Origin: Octopus vulgaris
Lineage: Eukaryota
Length of the DNA: 62,000 bases
NCBI GenBank assembly: GCA_951406725.2
Contig: OX597826.1
Coordinates: forward strand, 60,222,001 to 60,284,000
Direction of reading: 5' to 3'
Positions 40,537 to 52,775 of this stretch are shown here, piece by piece. How positions within the stretch are numbered: position 1 is the first letter of the stretch; each line of letters begins with the position of its first letter. The notes beneath the pieces are model-generated. The model was not told the DNA's origin and made no database searches. It saw nothing but the letters and a program-made list of their open reading frames with translations. A program made the translations under genes and the position numbers.

Positions 40537-41745
40537 TCAGTAGTTTTATTTTTATAACGTGCTTTTACTTCACTACCGAGCGCAGCTCTGTGTGCCTTGG
40601 GTACGTGCCGTGGTTTGCTGTGATGCTCTTATGGTTACTGTATTGAACGTGTTTTGCGTAGGATGTGTACAGTGTTCAGTAGTGGAATTTTCTGTACGTT
40701 ATATATATTTGTAAGGCATGGTGTTTTGTTATGTAGTTGTCTGAATATTTTTTATCATATCTAATGCGCCCACTATGATAGGAATTGTTTCCGTTTTTAT
40801 ATTCCACATTCGAGCTACCTCTATTTCCGGGTCTTTGTATTTTGAAAGTTTCTCCATTACTTTTAGAGAAACGTTGTCATCTGCTGGTATTGATACATCA
40901 ATTAGAAAGCATTTTTTTCTTCATGATCTCTGACAACTATATCTGGCCTATTGGCCTTAATTTTTCTATCTGTGTGTATTGGTATAACCCAGAGTATGGT
41001 TGCTTTCTCGTTTTCTGTGACCTGTTCTGGCGTGTGCTTATACCATCTTTTTCTGATGTTATTCCATAGTGTTGGCATAGCTTCCAGTGTATGTAGGTCC
41101 CAAATCTATCGTGTTTGTGAATATATTCCTTCTTACCCAGGATTGAGCAGCCAGAGATAATATAATTTATTGTTTCTTGTCCATCCCCACATATTCAGCA
41201 TTTAATTGTTATGTTTCTTTTCATTATATGGTTTTTGTAATTTCTGGTGGGCAGGCTTTGGTCTCGTGCAGGAATAAAAAATCTTTCGGTCTCTGCTTTG
41301 AGTCCTCAGTTTCTCAACCATTGCTGGGCTTTTTCTCCGTCTATTTCTTTTGCATTTCGTTTGGCCCAGTATTTGCCATGAAGGGGCTTTTCTTGCCATT
41401 ATTTTATCATAGTCCCTTGCTGTTCTAGTTTAGTTATAGCTTTTATTGTTTCTTCTTTTTCTTCATATTTGTTAGGTAATATGATGTCTTGTTTGTATTT
41501 GTTAGGTAATATGATTTCTTGTTTGTATTTGTCAGCTTCCTTAAATACTGAAAACAGTTTTTTGTTTTGCTCCTGTTTTGTGGCTATTTGTATTAGTTTT
41601 CCTTGCTTCTGAAGTAGGTATTTTTGCAGTCCTATGCTGGTTATTTTATAATAGTTTTCAAGCTGTATAAGGCCTCTACCACCTTCTATACGTTGTATGT
41701 ATACCCTTTCCATGTCAGATTTTGGATGGTGCTTCCTAGATCCTG
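40537..41745 (-). mobile_element. 5'-truncated R4/Dong-like LINE (zinc knuckle plus restriction-like endonuclease), with stop codons
   Basis: HPKSDMERVY..EGGRGL, WQEKPLHG, KAETE, DQSLPTRNY, KC*ICG..ETI.YIISGC, YIHKHD, NRPDIVV..CFLIDVSIP..EK.SKY.D.EIE..TIPIIVGAL. Flanked by (TGA)n(TAA)n and (TAA)n. Confidence 0.88.
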
Positions 41746-41802
41746 TTATTAATATTATTATTATTATTACTATTGGTGGTGGTGGTGGTGGTGGTGGTGG
41801 TG

Positions 41803-41837
<35 letters not shown>

Positions 41838-41838
<1 letters not shown>

Positions 41839-42007
41839 AGGTTGTAAACTGGCAGGATTGCTTAGCGGCATTTCTTCCGTCTCTTGCATTTCATTCTCTC
41901 GGCGTCGATGAAATAAGTACCCGTTAGTCACTGGGGTAAATGTAAATCGACTACACCCTTCCCACAAAATTTCACGCCTTGTCGCTTTAGTAGATAGAAA
42001 GAAATTA
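41838..42007 (+). mobile_element. Degenerate SINE family C copy
   Basis: GCTTAGCGG.ATTTC..CATTTCATTCTCTCGGCGTCGATGAAATAAGTACC..CTGGGGT..ATGTAA matches the reverse complement of 61830-61965. Confidence 0.6.
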
Positions 42008-42183
42008 TATTTTATCATCAGTTATCATAAATGTTTTTTTGATGCTGCTATTTCTCTGGTTTTTTTTTTTTTAAATATTTTTGGCTTGTTTTTTTCTGTA
42101 GTTTTTCCTTTCCATTTACATCAAAATAGTTAAAATATTGTTTTCTGGATTTCTTCATTCCTGCACTCGGCATAAACGCATTA

Positions 42184-42184
42184 T

Positions 42185-42244
<60 letters not shown>

Positions 42245-42291
42245 GCAGCAGTAGCAGCCGCAGTAACAGTAGTAACAGTAGTAACAGTAGT

Positions 42292-42322
<31 letters not shown>

Positions 42323-42324
42323 AC

Positions 42325-42389
<65 letters not shown>

Positions 42390-42402
42390 CAGCAGCAGCA
42401 GC
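42184..42402. repeat. (GCA)n/(GTA)n triplet block starting 30 bp after the GPCR stop
   Basis: Direct inspection. Confidence 0.95.
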
Positions 42403-42431
42403 GTGAATGTTGAACTCATAAACATCTTTCT

Positions 42432-43628
42432 TCATAGTCGGTTATTCTTTGATAAGATATTCTTAAAGTATTTCAGATGGAATTCTCTAGAAATGAAACT
42501 GATTTCCTGTTTTTGCGAAGTGCTAGGTTTAACTTTAACTTTTTTCGTGTATTTACAATGTGAGAAACACCGAAATATTGCGACTAATTCTTTACGAAAC
42601 TGTTTACTTGTAACTATATACCAGAGAAAATTCATGCTGTGGTGAGTTAGTGAAAGGAGTCGAAGGTATGAAAATGTTTTCGACGTTTTGTAACCGTCGT
42701 GGGAGACATCGTATAAAATATTTACCGAGACAGGTGTACATGTTAGGAAAAAAAATATGTTATTATAGACAACCATTCTAGTATTAGCGGATATCCGACG
42801 CCTTCGGGAATCTAAAGTACTTGTTTGACATAACAAAGGTCTAGAGAGTATCGTGCGTATAATCAGTACATTACATATCATCATAATAAGTGATGGAATG
42901 ATGCTGTGTAGGAATATACGTAGCCAGTTATCAAAATGTTCAACGAAGTAGAGATAATTTATGGAATTCAGAGTGCACTTGCCTAGTTCAAATAAATGTG
43001 ATTCGCTGGGAAAATCCAATGTGATGTTGCTTTTCGATTCGGTTACGTTGGCGTGTTTGCTAGAATAATTCTGGCTTATGTTGACTAGTAACAGTTGCTG
43101 CGACTTTGTCGTGTCCCCCATGCCAATGAGAAAATGGGAATCATACACTGCGAGTATTAAAAATGTTACTGTGATTTTGACTAAGCTAGCACGAGGATGG
43201 ATTTGAACGTGACTACTCAGTGGCTTAGTTACAAACAACATCTTCTCGAGGGATATGAGGACTAAATTCCAAGATGAGCAATCTATGAAATACGAAGAGA
43301 AGAATTGACCTGTTTTACATAAGAATTCATTCAGTTTTGTCACATGGATACCAAACGTGAATGCTAGCCATTTACGGAACAAGGTGCATATAACAGCCCC
43401 CATATCAACGGTAAGTTGAGATAAGAGGTAAATGTTAAGTCTTTGCACTTTCATCGATGATCGAGTGAGAATATACATAGAAATCATGTTACCTGAGAGT
43501 CCGAAAATCAGAAGAAATCCACCAAACCATATCCATAACCCGACAGCAACGACATTATCATGAATATATTGATCTAGTGTATCACTAGAAATTGTTTCTT
43601 TGTTGTTCAAGACAGCAGAGGAATCCAT
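42432..43628 (-). CDS. Intronless class A (rhodopsin-like) 7TM GPCR, FMRFamide/peptide-receptor-like invertebrate family, 398 aa
   Basis: Only long non-repetitive ORF in the window. The track start at 43652 is GTG; the first ATG is at 43628. Seven hydrophobic segments with TM1 GLSGN, TM2 LTVD, TM3 LCK..SSWNLVLISLEKM..V.KPL, ECL2 Cys (GKCTL), TM5 HSIIPSLIMMICN, TM6 FFLTCTP, TM7 SMNFLWY and helix 8 TSKQFRKEL. Confidence 0.9.
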   Translation of the reverse strand: MDSSAVLNNKETISSDTLDQYIHDNVVAVGLWIWFGGFLLIFGLSGNMISMYILTRSSMKVQRLNIYLLSQLTVDMGAVICTLFRKWLAFTFGIHVTKLNEFLCKTGQFFSSYFIDCSSWNLVLISLEKMLFVTKPLSSHVQIHPRASLVKITVTFLILAVYDSHFLIGMGDTTKSQQLLLVNISQNYSSKHANVTESKSNITLDFPSESHLFELGKCTLNSINYLYFVEHFDNWLRIFLHSIIPSLIMMICNVLIIRTILSRPLLCQTSTLDSRRRRISANTRMVVYNNIFFFLTCTPVSVNILYDVSHDGYKTSKTFSYLRLLSLTHHSMNFLWYIVTSKQFRKELVAIFRCFSHCKYTKKVKVKPSTSQKQEISFISREFHLKYFKNILSKNNRL

Positions 43629-44563
43629 ACTAGCTTTATTTTTTATGATCACTTATAGTTTTACAAAAATATATCGAACTAAATAATGGATTGTTACATA
43701 TAATACATGATTATACATAATTCTCAAACAACGGCTACTAATATCGAATCCAGTGTTGTTCGATTCGAGAATATTGATGATGCTGAAAAAGTTTCTGTCT
43801 TTTAAAAACGATTGTCGTTGTTGATGTAGGTACAGCTGCTGCTGCTGCTGCTGTGGTTGGTGTTGTTATTGACGTTTAGTTGCTGATCAATACTGAATGA
43901 AGAATACAAATGAGCAAGAGCATTAAAGCCGTGAATATGCTAGTCTTTTCATTTGTGTTTATTTGATTTCCCTATTGTGTTCTGTGTGAATTTTCTTTCA
44001 ATCTCTTACTTTAGAGCGTTAATGCATGGATTAAGACGGATATACATGCTATATCAGCGATAGGGTGATATCAACAGGAGGGTCTCTTCCTTTAGAATTG
44101 CTACCCTTTTTGTCAGGTTCCCCAGTTCAGTGAGTAACAAAGAGAAATCACATGCCGCAACGGAATTGGTATCAAGAATGCCATATTACATCATGAAGTG
44201 CCGAGAATATACTTCTGTCATTAAGACGTGTTTTTGTTTCATTGAACAAGATGTTTCAACAAATTCGAGTTTCTTCTTCGATTGGATACACACGTCTTTT
44301 ACTACAGATTTGGGACGCACATGAATTATCTTCTCCTTGAGAAAAGAACCTTAAGTGGGATTCATATGACCAGTCTCAAAGTTATGCTTTTCTTGCTGAT
44401 ACGAAGTCACCTCCTAAAACCAAAAAGAAAGAAAAGAAATTGCATCAATATACATATACGCATATATAGCACTATATACATGCATGAGTGCGTTTGTGTG
44501 AGTGTTTATGTTTAAGTAGTGATATAATGAATATTCCATGTGTGTATACTAAACATACATACA

Positions 44564-44624
<61 letters not shown>

Positions 44625-44655
44625 ATGTATCTATATATGTAAGGATATATCTATG

Positions 44656-44690
<35 letters not shown>

Positions 44691-44815
44691 ATGTATATAA
44701 ATTAAAGAAGAACCACTACGTAGCAATTCAACAATAGTATACTTAAATCATAATTTAGTATTACTAAATTGATTTTTTCCCTGTAAATTGGAAACATATT
44801 CCCTAATATCATTAA

Positions 44816-44867
<52 letters not shown>

Positions 44868-45010
44868 AATATAATAATAAGAGTAAATAATTTCTTTAAT
44901 GGTTTTTAATAAAACCAACAATTATTTACAGGTAGATTTAGGGATGTAAATATAACTATTAACGGGAGGAACTTCTGTAAAGTTCAGTATATATATGTTG
45001 TATATAAATA

Positions 45011-45139
45011 AAAGGGGCAGGCAACAGGTTGCTTGGCCGCATACCGAAAAATTAAAAATGGCAGCAAAAATAGAAATAAACAGTCTATGGATGTCATTTC
45101 TAATTTTTCGGTATGCGGCCAAGCAACCTATTGCCTGCC

Positions 45140-45144
<5 letters not shown>
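45011..45144. mobile_element. 134-bp MITE with 44-bp TIRs, hAT-like AGGGGCAGGCAA end
   Basis: 45011-45054 versus the reverse complement of 45101-45144 has two mismatches. No clear TSD. Confidence 0.7.
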
Positions 45145-45174
<30 letters not shown>

Positions 45175-45204
45175 ATAGATAGATAGACAGACAAACAGAC
45201 AGAG

Positions 45205-45348
<144 letters not shown>

Positions 45349-45529
45349 GTAGATATAGATTTATTCAAAGATATTGGATGCAGCTGTGCATCGTCCACCA
45401 GATGGAGGAGATGTCCTCCTCTTGAGTTTAAAAAATCGCAGTAAAATCCGTTCTAACAGAACAGGCATGTGGAAGTGGGTACCTCTTACTGCGATCACCC
45501 CTTAGAGAGATTTTAGAACTAGCTTTTAG

Positions 45530-45631
<102 letters not shown>

Positions 45632-45652
45632 CTATATATATATATATATATA

Positions 45653-46399
45653 TAATTAATCAATATAGGGTGGCAAAAAAATTCGCAGAATTTTTTTGCC
45701 ACCAGCGGCCTAGTGGGAAAAAAATTAAATAGTCATAGACCATTTATAAATTCAACAGCAAAATCAAGGAACGGCCATAATAGACCATTCACCCACTAGA
45801 AATAACAGCCAAGGCTTCAACCGCAAAACAACATTAATTCCATAAACCAGGAGAAAATTAAAAAAACATTTACCCTGTAATTCTTTATACGATGCACCGT
45901 TTCTTCTATTGTTTAATGGTAAACTAACCTGATTAAATTAAATCAAGCTAGTCTTCCATAGGCCGATAGAATCGTCAGTAAAGAACAGCCAGATCGGAGC
46001 AGATATTTACACGAGGCACTTCTACTACTGTCTCGGCAATATCTGACCTAAAATGTTCAAATCATCGCACTCGCGCCAAATTTACCGGCAGCAAATATAA
46101 GCCGCCGATTCCATTACGGAATTAACCAGAAAATTCATAATTAATCAATATAGGGTGGCAAAAAATTTCACAGAATTTTCTTGCCACCAGCGGCCTAGTG
46201 GGAAAAAATTGATTTAATTTAATCAGGTTAGTTTACCATTAAACAATAGAAGAAACGGTGCATCGTATAAAGAATTACAGGGTAAATGTTTTTTTAATTT
46301 TCTCCTGGTTTATGGAATTAATGTTGTTTTGCGGTTGAAGCCTTGGCTGTTATTTCTAGTGGGTGAATGGTCTATTATGGCCGTTCCTTGATTTTGCTG
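45653..46399. repeat. Rearranged element: 73-bp direct repeat (period 485 bp) plus perfect 191-bp inverted repeat
   Basis: 45653-45726 resembles 46138-46210; 45756-45946 is the exact reverse complement of 46209-46399. Confidence 0.9.
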
Positions 46400-46936
<537 letters not shown>

Positions 46937-47506
46937 ATATATATATATATAAGTGTGCATATATATAAATATATATTTAGATACATACACACACACACAC
47001 CTACTGTATGTGTCTATGTATATACAGAGAGTGATGATGAATATTTCTTTACATTTATGGCTATTTAGGTTATTGTCGTCCTTGTTATTGTTTATCAGTT
47101 CGTTTATGTTTCTGTTTCTTACTTTTGCTTACGTGTTAAATGAGTTCACCGATTTGAATGTATCTAACGTGTTCGATACTGTTCGATGTGTTTGAAGATT
47201 AATTAGCGACACACAGACTTTTGGCGAGAGACATTTAAATACGTTATGTAGCATGAAGCAAAAGAAACAAAAAAAATTAATAAAATAAAACGTTCAATAA
47301 ATAGCTATTACAGGCGAACAAAATCGATTATGTGAATTCGCGAGTCTTTCAATATGACGCGTGGAATGTATGTGTTTATATGTAATATATGTATGTATGT
47401 ACATGTATATATGTGTGTGTATGTGTGTGTATGAAGGCAGAGAGATACATGTGTGTGCACGTATGTATGGATATATACATATATATATATATATATATAT
47501 TTATAC

Positions 47507-47537
<31 letters not shown>

Positions 47538-47542
47538 CACAC

Positions 47543-47614
<72 letters not shown>

Positions 47615-48153
47615 TGATAGATAGATAGATAGACAGACACGTATATATGTATACACATATTCATAACATATGTATATAGATTGCGGGGAAGAAAGAGGGA
47701 AAGGGAGGGAATAGTTAGGGTGAAAGCTCTGAGTGATATTACACGAGATAAAAAATCGTTTGATAAGGCCAAAACAACGAAAAATGAAGTTCAAAGCGAA
47801 AAACAAAGTGAAAACGGAAGCGTTCTTAGAGATTTACCTTACATTTCGATATTTTGGTTTATGACCCGTCCCTCAGAAGATGGACAAGAATGAAGGATGG
47901 AATGAGTCGTTGCTTACATACGTGGGAGAGAACAGTGATATGCGCATTGGTGTTGTTATAATAGTTAGTCGGGTTCTCTTTTCTCTTGTTTAGTGCTGGC
48001 ATATATCAATAGATGGATTCGTTGATTCTAAGTCTGCGATGAGTGGCCCCCGATAGATGCAGTGAAAACCTAGTTCAGGTACTTTGAACCAAATTAGTTT
48101 TAGCTAATGTACTCATACTTATATATATGTATATATTTACATAAGTACATATA

Positions 48154-48486
<333 letters not shown>

Positions 48487-48970
48487 AAAACACACACACA
48501 CACTCGTATATGTGTGTATTCATGTAAGAATGTGTGTATGTAATGTGAAATGTACTATGTATATTTAGAAAAAAGATATAGCGAGAGACAAAGAAAGAGA
48601 GAGCGAGCGAGCGAAAAAGAATGAGTGAGAGAGACAATGTCAGCGAGGGGCCTCACATTGCAATGATTAAAATAAATCTAAATTTAAAACCTAACTTGAA
48701 GACATTAATTTATTTAACGACTCATTTGGTGGAAAATTAATCTGTCGCATTATAGTGTCGCAAGCGCGTATCCAAACACCTAGGCATTAAAGATGCGACA
48801 GTTGAAACAGTAAAATATAGTATTTACATACCAAGGCTGTCTAATTCTCAGAAACTTTAGTGTCTTTAATCCTTTCATTCTAATATTTTCCTTGTCACAG
48901 ACTCCTCTGCTTACATATATATTTTTTATTATTTCAGAGCTCATTTCTCTATATATGTATACATATATAC

Positions 48971-49067
<97 letters not shown>

Positions 49068-49175
49068 AATAGCTTTCTATGTATGTTTTTATGTATGTAT
49101 GTATGTATGTATGTATGTATGTATGTATGTATGTATGTATGTATCTATCTTTCTATCTATCTATCTCTCTATCTA

Positions 49176-49285
<110 letters not shown>

Positions 49286-49339
49286 AATAGCTTTCTATGT
49301 ATGTTTTTATGTATGCGTGTATGTATGTATGTATGTATG

Positions 49340-49384
<45 letters not shown>

Positions 49385-49402
49385 CTCTCTCTCTCTCTCT
49401 CT

Positions 49403-49440
<38 letters not shown>

Positions 49441-49443
<3 letters not shown>

Positions 49444-49660
49444 CGGGAAGCTTTATGAAAATAAACAAAAGACGAAGGCAGGTGGAAAACAAACGAACAA
49501 TTGTATTAGTATGGCGCTCAGGAAATATAAATAAAACAAGTCTTTAACGTTTCGAGCCTACGCTCTTCAACAGAAAGATACACAGAGAGAGAAAAACACA
49601 GAAAGCAGGAGAGAAAAAAAATGCGTGCAGTAGCTAACGAATCAACATGGCGATCTGATT
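49441..49660 (-). mobile_element. Penelope/retrozyme-like repeat fragment with the most complete hammerhead-like motif
   Basis: Reverse complement of 49541-49578 is TCTTT-CTGTTGAA-GAGC(GTAG)GCTC-GAAACGT-T-AAAGA. Confidence 0.7.
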
Positions 49661-49748
49661 TCGGCCAGAGGTCAAAGATCAAACATGAGACGCGAGAGCG
49701 AAATAAGGGGAGATAATAGGGTTGATAAAAGGGTTGAGGGACCAGCTA

Positions 49749-50080
49749 ATAGTGCGTAGGAGGGGTCTGGATGTGTGTATGTATAGGGTTGGTGTATGTA
49801 TTAGTATGTATAAGGGTGTCTGTGTGTGTGTGTGTGTGTGTGTGTATGAGAGAGTATTAGTGCGTAGGATTGGTCTGGACGTGCGTATGTATGGGGTTGG
49901 TGTATGTATTAGTATGTATTAGTATGTATTAGTACGTATTGGTATGTATAAGTGTGTGTGTGTGTGTATGAGAGAGTATAAGTGCGTATGCGGGGTCTGG
50001 ACGTGTGTATGTATAGGGTTGGTGTATGTATTAGTATGTACTAGTATGTATTAGTACGTATTAGTATGTATTAGTTGGCG
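49749..50080. repeat. Three-copy minisatellite, ~110-120-bp unit
   Basis: AGTGCGTA..GGTCTGGA.GTG.GTATGTAT.GGGTTGGTGTATGTATTAGTATGTA recurs at about 49750, 49859 and 49981. Confidence 0.85.
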
Positions 50081-50129
50081 TGTGTATTAGTATGGCACAT
50101 CATATGTGATGTGATGTGTAAAGTCATGT

Positions 50130-50450
50130 GGTGTAGTGAGGAGAAGAGGGGGAGGGGAGAAGAGGGGGGAGAGAAGGGGAGGGGAAGAATAGGGGGAGGA
50201 GAGGATGGGGGAGGAGGGGGATGAAGGAGGAAAGAGGAAGAGGGAGAGAGAAGGGGAGAGAGAGAAGGGGAGAGAGAGAAGGGGAGAGAGGGAGTGAGGG
50301 AGCAGAGGGAAGGGGAAGAGGGAGGGAGAAAGAGGGAAGAAGGGAAGGGGAGTAGGGGTGAAAGGATGAAGGACTGAAGAAGTAGGGGTCGGGGGTAAAG
50401 GATAGGTGAGGAGGGCGGAGAGGGGGGTTAGATGAGGAGGGGGGGAGAGT
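50130..50450. repeat. Polypurine (GA/G-rich) tract
   Basis: Almost exclusively G/A on the plus strand. Confidence 0.9.
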
Positions 50451-50499
50451 TGAGACCAAATGGCGTATAAGAGCGAATATATATATATTCTTTTATTCC

Positions 50500-50930
50500 T
50501 TTATTATTTTATTTGTTTCAGTCATTTGACTGCGGCCTATCCTGGAGTACCGCCTTTAGTCGAGGAAATCGACCCCAGAACTTATTCTTTGTAAGCCTAG
50601 TACTTATTCTATCGGCCTCTTTTGCCGAACCGCTAAGTTACAAGGACCTAAAGACACCAGCATCTGTTTTCAAGCGATGTTGCGGGGGGCAAACACAGAC
50701 ACACAAACATATACGCACGCACACACACACACATACATTCACACACACATACATGTATATATAAATATATATATATATATTCGACAGGCTTCTTTCAGTT
50801 TCCCTCTACCAAATCCACTCACAAGGCTTCGGTCGGCCCGAAGCTATAGTAGAAGACACTTGCCCATGGTGCCACGCAGTGGGACTGAACCCGGAAGCAT
50901 GTGGTTGGTAAGCAACCAACTTACCACATG
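50500..50930 (-). mobile_element. SINE family A copy
   Basis: Full module order; extreme 5' head truncated. Confidence 0.88.
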
Positions 50931-51540
50931 CATACATGCATATGCATTTACATAAGTACATATACTTATATGTATAATAAATTCCATTCCCACTTCCATT
51001 CACTTCTCTACCTGTTTCCATCTTTCTTGCTTTGATTTGTTACTGAGATCTGTCTCTCTTGTTTTCTACTACCTTACTTCTATTCCAACGTTTGTTTTTT
51101 ACTTATATTTTGTCTGTATATTCTACATGTCAATTATCATTAAATGAATGCATTCTGTTTTTATACCCAGGAATTCATGATATACTTCTTTTGCTTTCAT
51201 ACAATATATATCCCACCGCTTGCATACGTATTTCTTTTAGATATCTCTTCTTACTTTTCTGACCTACTCATATTTTTCGTTCCATAACTTCCATACATTA
51301 GGTTTCTTACACAAAAACGGTAGCGATTTATATCATGACATTTTTTTCACATAACTATATATCATGATGCTCCCTCTATCTCCCTCTCTCCTACTTTACC
51401 CCTCTATAACTTTGTATGTATGTATGAATGGATGTATGTAAGTTTGTATATATGTATTTATGTATGTATATATGAGTATGTATATTTTCGGCTTCGGGTC
51501 AAAGTTTACAACCATTATTGCTGTTATTATTATTATTATA

Positions 51541-51595
<55 letters not shown>

Positions 51596-52478
51596 GAATA
51601 TTCTTCAGGTTGAGTAGCCCAACCTGCTCAAAAGTTTATCATTATGGAATTAATGAGTAGGGAAATTGCGATTTATAGAAATTACCCCTGCAATTACTAG
51701 ACACGTTCTCCCACTCAAGGTGGTTATAATCAACATCGCCACCAGTGAACAAACCAGATAACCACAATATGCTCAGCCAAGTGAGCATCCCTTAAAAATA
51801 AAACGGGATTGAGATATTTGTACGTTGTTTTCACCAGTTACTTTTACAGAAAGGGACCGCATCCATCTGTATTATGGTTATTGTCAAAATCATCAATTTG
51901 CCTGAACATATTGAACATATTACATTTGCTCTTAGTCTTTAGAATTTTAAACAACCTTAGAGAGTATACGCTTGAATGAACTCAGATAATTCAGTTTTAA
52001 ATGCAGAAATAAACTCAATCAACGAGATACAACAAAGTATATTAAATGTGTTGCAACCTATAGCGTTTCCTTTGAATATGTAGAACACTACCAGAAGGTA
52101 TTACCTCTGCCACTTATTATGATTGTTTATAATTGTGTATCTACTAGTGTATTTGTGCATGTTTGTCACTCAATAGTTTTAAGATGGCGTATGTTTTGTG
52201 TATGCCCAGTAGTTGTATTTTTACGTTCATGCATGATTTACGAAACAGAAAACCGTACGCTCGAAAGACTTAACTATGTTTTTGTTACTAAAAAAAGGTT
52301 TTATTTTCATGTTATTTTCAGTATCATTCCTTAAATATACGAAACCGCAAGGTATGTACTTATAAACACATATTCCCTACATCTCTCTGTTACTCATATA
52401 CACACAAAAACACACACATGTATTATTTGTGTGCATAAATATACCTGTTTCTCTTCCATTCTCTTTCTGTCTATATGT

Positions 52479-52509
<31 letters not shown>

Positions 52510-52679
52510 CATTCTTTCTCTCTTCAGACACGCACATTCTCCCGTATATATATATATATATATATATATATGTAGAAGGTTGAAAAGAAACACAGTTGAT
52601 ATATATGGAAAAAGTCATGATAGAAAATGCTAAAATAATTATCTAAAAATTATTTCAGTACCGGTTCCAATCATTGGGA

Positions 52680-52775
52680 CCTTTTGAACTATATTTATGG
52701 AAAACAATTAAATTTTGGAAAAAATTGAAATTTTCCAAGATTTAATTGTTTTCCATACTTACAGTTGAAAAAGGA
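52680..52775. mobile_element. Small palindromic element (27-bp core arms, one mismatch)
   Basis: TATGGAAAACAATTAAAT.TTGGAAAA (from 52696) is mirrored by TTTTCCAA.ATTTAATTGTTTTCCATA (to 52757). Confidence 0.55.

Noticed and set aside
42776-42810. Hairpin plus CTAG resembling a Helitron end
   Set aside because: It lies in frame within the GPCR ICL3 (SRRRRISANTR), so it is a coding coincidence.
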